From Tubulanus polymorphus (lineage: Eukaryota; Animalia; Nemertea): a stretch of 64,000 nt of DNA. Made by a program: the position numbers and the translations under genes. Shown here in pieces: positions 38,501-50,500 of the stretch; position 1 is the stretch's first letter, and every line of letters starts with the position of its first letter. The notes under the pieces were generated by a model. It searched no databases. It had not been told where the DNA came from and was given only the letters and a program-made list of their open reading frames with translations. Location: the NCBI RefSeq assembly GCF_964204645.1, contig NC_134026.1:16960150-17024149 (forward strand), written 5' to 3'.

Positions 38501-41500
38501 CGCTAAAATCCGGCATTCCACTAACTAAAATACGGTAACTTATGGATCGGGTTATTTGAGAATGTATTTATTCATGAAATTTCGAACAAAATTGGGTCGA
38601 TGAATAGTTTAACAATGAACCGCGTTGATCGAACGAGTTCAAAATAGCTGAAATTCCCTTAGCAACCGGAGCGAATTCATAATAACAAACGCGCCCCGGT
38701 CCGGCATCGCGCACGGGTTCGAATCCCGGAGAATTACGCTCTAGCGCGCACGTTCAGCAGTCAACCCCAGCCGCAGCACTGAAATATTTAATTATCTTGT
38801 CAAATTAAATGACTCTAAAACAGCAATGAGAGTCGCGTTAGACTGTGTTGTATGATTTGCTTAAAATTTCACGGCAGCGCGGCGGATCGCCAATCAGTCT
38901 CGCTCTCGAGCAGTGAGCAACATCGCGGTCGGCAACAACATTTAGTCTCCGCCCTTCTTTCACCAAATAAGGAATTGGGTACCGCTAGCCACGTGCACTG
39001 CTTATTTACTTGAGCAGTAGATTCCCGGTACTCGACATTACCGGAGGATTAGAAACAAATAAATATTTTTCGTAAGAGAAATCAATTTTTGTATTTGAAT
39101 TTTCTTGCTTAATTAATTCGATTCTTTCTGGCAGAAAATAATTTTCCGATTGATGCGTTCCAACGCCCCGTCTTCCATTTTTCTCCGTAATTAAAAAATT
39201 TGTTGTAACCTTCTTGTCCTTTTGTTTTCGGATGGTGCTAATTTCTAAATTAACAACCAGGTCAAAATTCTTCAGTCTTGCAAAAAACCAGTCTCAGTCT
39301 GACTCAGTTTCACTTCGAAATGTCGGTTAAATAGTGGTTTTGCAAAGTGGTTTAAACCATCGAATAATTCTTGATACACTAATCTAAATCGAAATAGTTT
39401 TTAGCAGTGGTAAACAGAGCCATGGGTAAGCCAAAGACCAAAAATTAATATTAATAAATAATTCAGTTGGGAAATTGGGTCAAGTCTTTTTCTTGCAGAA
39501 AATTGAATTTCATTATCTTAAAAGCCCAAATTTTCTATAACCAGAAATGAATTAAACCTTAGAGTTGCAGTTTCATCGTCTTTCCCCCTCCCCCAACCCT
39601 CTGGCATTATTTTTTCATTTTTCCAAGTTTTATCTAAGAATTGATATGCTTTGGGCCCAAAGTACAATTTCAATTTGAAATGAAATTGATCAAAGTTACT
39701 TTCCAGTGCCATGGGATTGACTACAATTAATTTTCTCTGTGTTCCTAGTCACTGACAATATTTTGAGTGTATCACACTCAAAATGCACAATACACAATAT
39801 CAAAATACACGAGGTTGTTTTCGAATCGAAATGACATTTTAGTATAAAAAATCAAATCAAGCTGTGACGAAGCGTCCTTCACTTAAATTTCATCTATTAC
39901 ATATTAACTTATTATAGGAGATAAATTTTGAAAAGAAAACACTTCAGTTTTGGCATCTTCCCTTCGGTGCTAAATACCTTGCTTTGCTTATCACTGATAG
40001 TAATGCATTAATAAATGTGAAATTCTTATTAACAAACTGTCGCATTGTGCTTTGACTTAGAAATGTGCTGAATTTTTTTGTACTTACATTATCTACGTAT
40101 TGTGGCATTAGAAATGTTATTACGTAGGCCTATTCTATCTATTATATCTAGAGAGCCTTTCCTTTTCTGTATCTTATATTACTGGTAAATTCCTCTTCGT
40201 TTAGCCCACCAGCAGCCAAGCCCCAGCAGGTTATTGCATTCACTTTTCTTCTGTCCATTAATAGAATCCAGTTTTGTGCGGAAGTTTTCAACATGCTTCC
40301 ATATTTGGTTAATACCCTATATGCATCTACAACCATAATATTGGCCCAATAATATTACCTATAGGTGTAATAGCAGACCTGTGTCCATTGTTATTTGGTG
40401 CAATCCGCTTTTGCACATTTTTGGTTAACCATTGCAGCTTTCTGCTTGCTCTCTGCTTAGCTAATATGGTTTGAATTGAACCTTAAAACTTACAGCATCT
40501 CTTTTTGACGCCAAAGTTTGGAAACTTGTGCCATTTCGCTCTCCAAAAATTGAAAATCAAGATATTCTCGGCATTATTTAGATATCCCTAGAAATATCAA
40601 GCATCTGGGCGGGATGGAGAGGAGCATCCAATAAGAGCCTTCATATTTGGGCCGAAAGGTATTGGTTGCGTAGCTCTGGGTATGCAGCTAGGATTGTCCG
40701 AGGTGCAATGCTATAGAAATTGCCAGAAATCGCATCTGTTCACCCTTGGGCATTGAATGGGAAATTTATAGATACTTTGTCACCACATTCAGTTGCAAAG
40801 CTATAGCTATTTTTTGGGGTAACTTTCTAAGTCATTGGTTTTGTTCACCAAGGGGTGCTGAATATTGAAATTGTCTGGTTGTCAAGCATCTCAGACCACT
40901 TTCCTAGTGGGCATGGTCTCCTAGTTTTTTATTCCTATGTAATTTTGTGATGATTTTAATTTCCTATATTCGTTGTGGTTCAAACTGTTCTCTGTACGTT
41001 TAGGCTCATCAGGACCTTTCTCACCAGCTAGTCACCAAGGACACAGAATAGTTGCTCCAACAAGACCAGGTACCATTTCTCGATATGATTATGAAATAAC
41101 ACCTGAGGAACATGTTGGCTTCTCAGACATGTATGCAATATATTGAATGATCCAGCAGCAATGCATTGGCCTGGTCATCACTTTCTTTCGAACTATTAGT
41201 GTCCTTGGCTTTATATGCGTATATGCTTGGGGTTGTCATTATTTTTGTAATACATTTTGTATTATATATGTACAAATCTGTGACTGGAATTCTTTCCCGT
41301 CATGGATAATAATCATCCAGCGATCGATGTTCAAGTTCATGAAGATTAGTTAAGATAAATTTTTGATGCCAACTAATAAAAAAAACAGAATGAAAATCAA
41401 AGAATGTAAATGACATGACGTTTTGGGCTCTCATGTGACAACCTTTCTCTAGGGAGTCGGAAATGTCGTGTCAGTTTAATCGCTAATAAGATCAGGTTTT

Positions 41501-44500
41501 ATGTTCTTTGCTGCAACTTGTTTTGACATGTTTTTCAAATGTTTCCATTGCTTTATTTTATAGGATCGACTGGACCTTACTCTCCAGCTGGTCACAGAAT
41601 GCCCACTCGACCAGGTAAAGTATTGGTTTGTCATTTAATTTTGTTACTAGTGCTATAGGAAAATAACCATAAGCCTTACAACAGTTAAGAAAATGAGACT
41701 GAATGGAATGTGCTGCCATCTGGCATTTGCAGATAAGGTTCAGCTTCATAAGGGTTTTTTGAGTGAGACTTGGTGAACTTGAACAACATATGTCAGGGAT
41801 GAAAATCTACGGAAAGACAAATTTCCATTTATGAAGGTCTGTTTTTCTCATTTCAGACATTCATGTAAATCTGTAAAATAATATTGGGAGTCTCCAGTTT
41901 TCAGCCCTGATAAATGTAATGAACCAAAAGATTGCATCCGAAATGATATCATTTCAGGCTGGATTTTACAAATTACAAACAGTTATACAATCAGATTTTC
42001 TCATCCAAAACCTTATGAGCTGTCTCTGTAAATACACATGTTTTTAATGATCAATTAATGTGTTATTATTTTAAGATTCAACGAGTTCAGGTGATGGGAT
42101 GTATGGTATGATGAAACCTAATATGCCAGGTGGTCCTGGAATGCCTGGAGTAAGTGTATTTATCATAAATCAATTGTACACCTGTAACAAGAAGAAACTA
42201 ATGATGTTTGATTAGGCTCTTTATTCACTGAATTAGCCATATGGTGATTAGATTTTTCACCATAGGTTTGTGAATGAAGATATATCAATGAAAGATGTGT
42301 GTTATATTGTCGAAATTATATTATTTCAAGACAAAAATCACACATTGCTTAAATTACCGAAAATTTTAATGCAGGGTTTCTAAAATAAATCGACAAAGAA
42401 GTTGTATATTAACCCATTAGCTCTCAAGCCGCCTGCATCCGTCCTGCCCATAACACCTTAAGCCGTCCGAATCCGCCCTAACACTTTTTCGTATGCTGCG
42501 CAAAAACGGTTATAGTGGGATTCAAACCCTATAGCAAACTAGACACCCAAGTCCTCAAAAGCAGAAATCAACATCTTCCCATTTGAAATTCTCGAGTATT
42601 TGGAAAAGGAACATGAGAGATCTGAGCGCTCACTTCTAATCCCAGTCAGTTTGGATGAATTTTGGGGGGCCAAAAGGACACGATTTTTGTGGCCGACCCC
42701 ATCAAATCTTATGCCATATGAAAGGCTTCACTATTTACTACAAAATAACTCAATGCATGAAAATAAACAGCAAATAAGCTATTCGCTATCGTGATCAACT
42801 TGTATTTTCCCTTGAATTTTCTGAGTAGTTATTGACACTACATAGTGAAATTCCTGAGTGCTAATGGGTTAATCTGAAAATTCTACAAACTGGTGGTGGA
42901 TGTTGACTTGGAAATCTAATCATATTAGAAATCTAATCATATTAGGTTCAGATACCACATTTACTGACCATGTATTTAAAGCACTCCTGTACGGAATACC
43001 TGTACCGCCATTGTTTACCAATTGCTAATCGTTATGATATTGCTATTGCACTTTCATACCCTCCTGAAAATTTATTTCTTCATATTATATATCAGGGAGG
43101 TCTGGGAAATCAAAATCAACCTTATTATATATCAGGGAGGTTTGGGAAATCGAAATCAATCAATATTTGTAGATGTTCTGATGAACATTGGCCTGTACGG
43201 ACAACATGGGTGAACTTTTGATAAGAACTATCATTGAGATCTAGCAGCAATGTTGCAAGTCATATGTATCGGTATAAGTACATTTGTATGATATTCTATA
43301 GAAATAAAAGTTTTTGTTTTGTATTGTGTTATCACGATTCACATGCTCTCTCACTTCTCAGCACCTTCTGGAGATTGTTGAATTCGATAATGATTGTCGA
43401 TTAAGATTGACATTGTTGGTACACATATTCTGTATTCCTGAGTCACTTAAAACCTGTATTTCTTCGCATTAGCACAAAATGGTGCAAAGTATTAGACCAA
43501 TAAGTGCGGGCTATCAATTAAAACAATCAAAAATCAAGCTGGCAAGATTCGTATTGCTTGTATATATGTGTTACATGCTGCTAACTGTCAATAGAAATTT
43601 TATCTTTATGATACCAGTTTTCTTTGAGCATATGCAAAGAAGCAAGCATAGCCTTGGACATGGAGACTCAAATCATTTGTTATGATGGTGTTCTCACATC
43701 AGCTATGAGATGAATCCAGGGGTACAAATGAGATAGGAATGCCTATTTCCCACCAAACATAGGTCCATCCTATCGACCGAATTGCTCTGAGCACATACAG
43801 TGGAACCTTGTTATAAGGAACTCGGATACAACGTTTCATTGGATATAACAAATATAGAATTTCGTCCCAAGTAAGAAAACTTAATTAATTTCATTCTGGA
43901 TATAACGAACTATCGGTTATAACGAACATATTTTCTGGATCTGTGAGGTTCGCTGTAACAAGGTTCCACTGTATAAAACCAGTAGATTTTCTCGGCATGT
44001 TGTTTTGATTGATGTTGTCGAATTTCGAATTTTCATCGTAACGAATATCATTTAGAATGTTCCATTCCAGTTCCCGATGGGTGGTCCAGATGGAAGTATG
44101 GGGCCAATGGGGCCTGGTGATATGCCTCCAGTTATGAATGGTGAGTTTCTGTGGGAATTTTCAAATTTCCTCTTGTTTGTACACATGTCAGGGCAACTGA
44201 ATGAATAATTAATAAACCTATATTCTGTCATTAATTTTGATCCTTTTTCGGGTCTGTGATTGTTTAGGTGATGGAATGGATGGTATGAAAAGTTCACCAG
44301 TAACAAATAATCCGGGTACACCACGTGATGATACATCGATACCCCCCGTTAGCGGTCCTGGTTCGGAGATGGGAGGATATAATTTACCTTACCAAGACAA
44401 CGTTCCACCAAATGTATGTGAAATGATTTCCTTACCTTTGCTCATCTTTCATCTTGAAAGTTTTTCTAACGTGGATTTCAAGGCCTTAAATCTATTTTTT

Positions 44501-47500
44501 GGTATTTATTATCATTATCCCAAACCTGTACCTAGAAATTATTTCAATTTTCTATAGATGTACCAATTTTGGTTGGTATACTGTCTATAAGATAACGACA
44601 TACAGTTTAAACTCTACCTTAAACGGTAGTATTGGGACTGTTAACATTTTACCATATTGAGAACAAGTGAAAAAGGTTTTCTAGATAAATGTTTGTAAAT
44701 TTGCTGACTAGAGAGAAGTTCTCAATTGACCACTACCGTAGAAGGTGAAGTTTGTATGTATTTATTCGAGGCCTGGTTTTACAGACAGTATCCTAGTATT
44801 TACTTAGACTGGAGACATTCCTAAGCTTTTCATTATTTCTGCAGTATATACAAATATGAATGTTAGAAACTACTGTATTTGCCGGTGTACGAGACAGCCT
44901 TGTGTATAAGTCGAGATCAAATTTGCAGTTTAAAGTTACACTTTAATCTATATTTACTGTACAAGTCAACTCCCATCATGTGTTTAGAGGCGTCTCTTCG
45001 AAAACAGTGCTGAGGACATTCTCACATTTATTTAGATTCTTTACTTCTGTACGCATTAATAATCATTATGATTGTTGATTCTAGTACTATATTACAGGAT
45101 TAGTTCAAGTTCATCGTTTGTATCCATGTTTTGAATGTATTTTTTATACATCGAATGCCTCACGCCTGTAATGTCTAATTCTAAACTGATGTGTATCTAT
45201 TGTTCAGGCTGCACAGCCTGGCATATATGTATATACTGTACAATGAATACATGCGGTTTTCTTTCTCTTAATTTTGAAACTTTTCCAAACTATTATAACC
45301 TATTCTATCAAGATCCTGAATTCTAATTGGTATATGCATGTAGGCTATCATAATTGATATTCCATTTCATCTTAGGAACCTTGAATCTAACATTGACAAT
45401 TTCAAATAATGTTGAATGTATATCTGATATATGAGTCCACCTAATGTTTTGGATATTGTTTTCGGTCTCAAACACCCGGCTTATAAACCAGCAAATACAG
45501 TAAAAAATCGAATGTTTCCTGGGAAGATGTTAAAACCTTTAACCCTTTCAGTTGCTGTATGACTCGAAGATGGACTTCAGTAATATTGTGCACATTAGTG
45601 TATTGATTTATTCATTAGTACTGTTATAATCTCTATTGAAAGAAGGCAGCACCTGTAAAACATTAAGAACTAATGATATACTACACTGCAGTGTTGATGC
45701 ATTATAGCAGTAAATAATTCGACCCATTGTTGCCCTGAGGTGACTTTTACGCAATTATCTCCAGCAATTTTGAGTAAAAATTGGTCTGCACTGAAAGGGT
45801 TAAAACTACCTATAAAGCCAACTTCCTCTTTTCAACAACTGTTGATCAAAAACATAGGCCTATATCTTGACTTGATTTTATCAGTAATGTTTATTTTACT
45901 GGGGTAACCTGATTTGATTCTATTCTTTATTCTGACAATGTGATTTGAATGATTTTTTGGTGGAAAGGCGTGATACATTGTGAATGTTTGTGTGGCTGGG
46001 GGTGATGCATGAGACATAATACTTCGATGATTATCTATTATTCTGATACTATAATACTGATGACTTTCTATCTTCCATTTCCTGCATAAGAAGTAATGTG
46101 TAAGAAGAACTACAGAAAGCAGCCTGTCATCTGATGCACTCCTTTTGCAGTGGACCTATTATTGATAGTGGTTACGTGAAAACAAACCACTGTGACTGGA
46201 GTGCAGTCACTGTCAAAATGCTGCGGTTATCTCCCCAATCTTTGATTGTAATTTTGTGGGCAGGGCGGGCATTCGGCATCACCTCCCCTTTAAAAATGAG
46301 TTTACAACCATTTTTCATCATTCATTTCACACGAGAAACAGTAATAGGTCAACCATTTTGATACACCTTTCTAGATGAATCTTGAATGTAATGGATTTAC
46401 TGCTTATACCGAGTAGTAAATTAAATCCCACAGTTGATTCAGAAAATTGGCATTAATGCTTCATAAAAAAATCTCAAGGTTAAACATATATTGTTCATTT
46501 CTAAGTTAGGCTATTTATATCTGCCAATGGATCAGTCAAGGTTTTGTAGTCGAGGAACATTTTGCTGGGCCTGGTTTCACAAGGGAAAAACATTGTAATT
46601 CTAATTGTTGACAGTTGAGTTTGGTATTACCGGATGGGGGAATAGTACCTATATAAGCAAGACCAAGTCGCTATGGTTCTGGGTAATAATTCGGGAATAG
46701 GTAATAATTCAGGAAATATGAATGATACTCATCTTGTGTGGTATAGCGCGTAGACTTACATTTTGTGATAAGGACTTTCCAATGAAAGACAAAACGATGA
46801 AATTTGATTGCCGCAACATGTACAGTTATGTAGTAATCAACATTTGAAGTACAGTAGTCTTTTTCGAAAAATTTCTAGAAACTGTCATTATTGCTCTCAT
46901 TGGCTTTTGATGATAACGACCTCACGGGGCATCCTGTGTCATACAATTTTTCCACGTGTTAGAATTGTTGCAAAAACAATTTTCCCCTAAAATCTGGACA
47001 CTTATGTTTAACCCTTTAACCGGCAAGTATTTTTCGGCCTATGAGAGATTTTGGACCTTGCAAGGGGAAAACTTAATAACTCAGTAGATATGAGGGATAA
47101 CCCCATACTGTATGTATTTTATGAAAGCTCTTATCACAAGCTTTCAAATGATACCATGTTTGCGAACTTTGGGGGTTACCTTCAGGGTCTGACCCCAAGG
47201 TCACAGATCCCAAGGTCATCCAGATTTTTGGGCCACCCATAATAAAAAACTGTCATGAGATTCATCCCAATATGAATTATCATCAGAATCTTTCATTACT
47301 ATGTCCAAAATATCAGCCAAACTCACTAGAGAACGTCCTTAGTGCATTGGCCATTACTACTAACGATATTCTCAATTTTGGAATCTGACCCACGTGACAC
47401 GTGGTTTCCATACCCCCTTCTACATGTCAAATGTATGATATATCACTTTCCTGCCTTGTTAGACGTTGTAGGCCGTCTGGTGTCGCCATCTGCTGATAGG

Positions 47501-50500
47501 AAAATGATTTAGAATGTTTCATTGAAATCAATACTTGACTATTCTATTCACTATAGCTGGTCTATTCAAATCGGTCTGCGACCGATTGCCGGTTAAAGGG
47601 TGAACAAACCGTAAATTAATAATTGAATTTATGTTAATAATACCCAACTCATCTACGAAATTATTCCAACCTATTTTCACAAATTTATCAAGAGAAATTA
47701 TGACCATTATTTTAAACAAGGCAATCAGGCTTGATAGCTTAAGCTTCGTTCCCTCCAGCCTTGGACTTCTGTTCATTTTCCCAATCTGCAACTGTCGATT
47801 TTCACATCAATGTCTCAAGGTTCTTGGACCTCCTGTCAATTAACCAAATATTAGAATACTTTTGTGAAACCCAATCCAGAAATAATTTTGGTATGGATCT
47901 GGGGATTGCAGATGAAGGACTGTTATCAATTTTTGCTGGTAGTATGCATGCCACATTTCTAATAACACACTACAGTCTTAGATTTGTGAAGCTTTACGGA
48001 AGAAATAACACAAGATTTGTAGGTTGAACTAGTACTGCATTGTGGATAATTACCGAGATTTCATTTCGTTTTTGCATTGGGCTAATTCTTTTGCTTTTGA
48101 TTGTGGGATTTTTATATAATGGAAGTTTCAATGACTGAGCAATGGTTTTTCTATCGCTGTTTCTCAAAAGATAAAATGCGCTCATGTGGAAAAAAATTCA
48201 GGCCACGTCTGAAACCAGCAGTACCTTTCTCCTTGCAGTATGATCCTGGATACATGGGTATGCTACCAACATAATTTTTCTCTGTCCTGTCCATTTTGAA
48301 AAGCAAATTATTCTAGCGCGTGTTCAGTATCTTATCGGCTGTTGTGCTCATGTGGTCTGGCACCAGTGCGCTAAATCTCTTTTTTGGCCTGTGTTTCTTT
48401 TCTTTTAGTGAACAAGGATAATTAAGAAATAGTTTTGTATTATATTAACATTATTCTTTACTTATGTTCCATTACAAACAGATTTCCTTTGAAATATATA
48501 TAAAATCTACTAATGATATGTATACTTTGTATATGTATTGTTTCATATTTGAAACTGGGATATAGTTTCCTCATTACACTAATGGGATCGCAGAATTATC
48601 ATCATACTTCACTGCAATATCAATATTACAATGTAACAATCATTACTTTCATTTATTATTATTATTATTATTATTATTATCATTATAATTATTATCTTCA
48701 TAATCATTGATACAAAACGCTATTATTTTTACTACAGTGGAACTTCGCTACAACAAAATACCGTTTTGGTTCGATCAAACAAAAATCATTTTCCTGACCA
48801 TGACCGTTATTTCCTTAAAATTCTTTCGGTTAGAACGAAGATCGGTTGCAACAAAATATCAGTTATAAAGAAGAGAATTTGGTGTCTCCAGGGCCTAATT
48901 CATGTGTTACCTGGTAATCCCATCCAATACTACAGACTGGCGAGGTGATGAACTGGATAGGTTCGATAGAAACGTATTCTAGGCAACTATGAGCCACCCT
49001 TGACAGTGTGACATCACAAGCTAAGTTGACTCTATGGCCTGGAATATTTACATTACATGATAGGTCAGCTCAACATTTTAATCACATCATGTTACATACT
49101 GGGATTTTCCATGACATCACAGAGCTATTGGAAGCTAATATACATTCAGAGAACGTATTCATCGTGCCAATCTGTTTTACCACCTTGCCAGTCCATTCAT
49201 CATTTTACGTTGACTGCCTCTAGACGTCCTGATAATTCTTTAGATAATTTGACCCATTTTTTTCGGGTTTGAGTTGTGATTTCTCATGCATCTCTGGTGC
49301 AATCAGGAAAGGTCTAGTAAACCCTTAGGAATTTAAGAGAATCTAATTCTTGCAAATCGCTAAATGGGTTAGAAATAATGAGCGATTGAAATGAGAAGGT
49401 CTATTCTTGAATGTCAAAATGTTAGCCCCCTTTACTTTATTTATAAGTGGTAACTAGGATACTGTGTTGCATCTTTCATATTGGACCCTCGCCTATCTTC
49501 ACAAGCCCCTGTAATTCAACCTACATTGGCTAGACAAGTCTCGACCAGTACGGCTTGTGTAAGCCTACTGGTGCAATAGCCTACATATATCGGTCCTATG
49601 TTAAACTGCATCTCAAGTTCTTCCATGACATCTCTGCGGTTTGCCATTATCTTCCATTGGTTACTCTAAAATCGGATATCACAAAGTTGTTTTCTTGTCC
49701 CACGGATTACGTTGTAAGGAGGTTCCATTGTATTCTCATATATTATGGTAATATACAGCCATTCATTATTGAAAGCATCTCCACGATTATACACGACACG
49801 AGCGTATCGTATATATATATATACATGTAAACGCATTGTGTCCAGATACTAGATAGCAACCAGCTCTTCATAATAATCATCTTACAACCCTAGAATTTTG
49901 AGGTAAAACTACGCAATGAGTCGCAAATAAAGAGTTAACTCCACGATTCCCACAATCACAAAGCCGAAAGGTAGAAATATCGAAACGTTGAAATTAATTT
50001 TTTTAAATCTGAATTTTTGCTTTTCAACTAGAAACCATTATCAAGGACTGACCCGAAATACAATATGTCACAGTTTATATAGCGAAAGAACGATTCACTA
50101 TTGCATATGACTAGGTAACATTGATCAGAAAGGAAATGAACTGGGACATGAGTCATGGGGCGAGAAACCAAGGTTACTATTCACACCAGAATCGGAGATA
50201 GAATTAATTAAGGCCGATTCAACTATGGGTAACACTAAGGGAGAAGAATTTTGGTAGGATCACAAATACGATCAGAATAACTGCTAAAACTATCTTCATC
50301 CTTGAAAATTATATATATGTTTCTGTGGACTAATTTTGGATAGATGGGCCAAAAGTTCAGATACTTATGGTCACACTTTTCATTTTGACAATTCTTATTC
50401 AGTCTAACAGCATTACTTGACTCCACCACATAGTTGAATCGGTCTTAAATATTCTAGGTTTCTCTCCCAATGATAAGCTCTTATCCCAGTTTATTTCCTC

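Noticed and set aside
38700-38740. tRNA gene at GGTTCGAATCCC
   Set aside because: Only a T-loop/B-box; no D arm, anticodon arm or acceptor stem could be built.
40148-40720. Reverse-transcriptase fragment (IIGPILW-like word)
   Set aside because: A single weak motif followed by a stop, with no YADD-type motif nearby.
43080-43160. Short local duplications (also near 4750 and 42912)
   Set aside because: Ordinary slippage-type duplications with no sign of function.
46060-46105. Microexon after the pyrimidine tract and cataag acceptor
   Set aside because: The 9-nt candidate has an in-frame stop and a weak donor; nothing separates it from chance.
47620-47940. Decayed LINE ORF2 C-terminus on the minus strand
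   Set aside because: Only faint resemblance across frameshifts and stops; needs a profile search.
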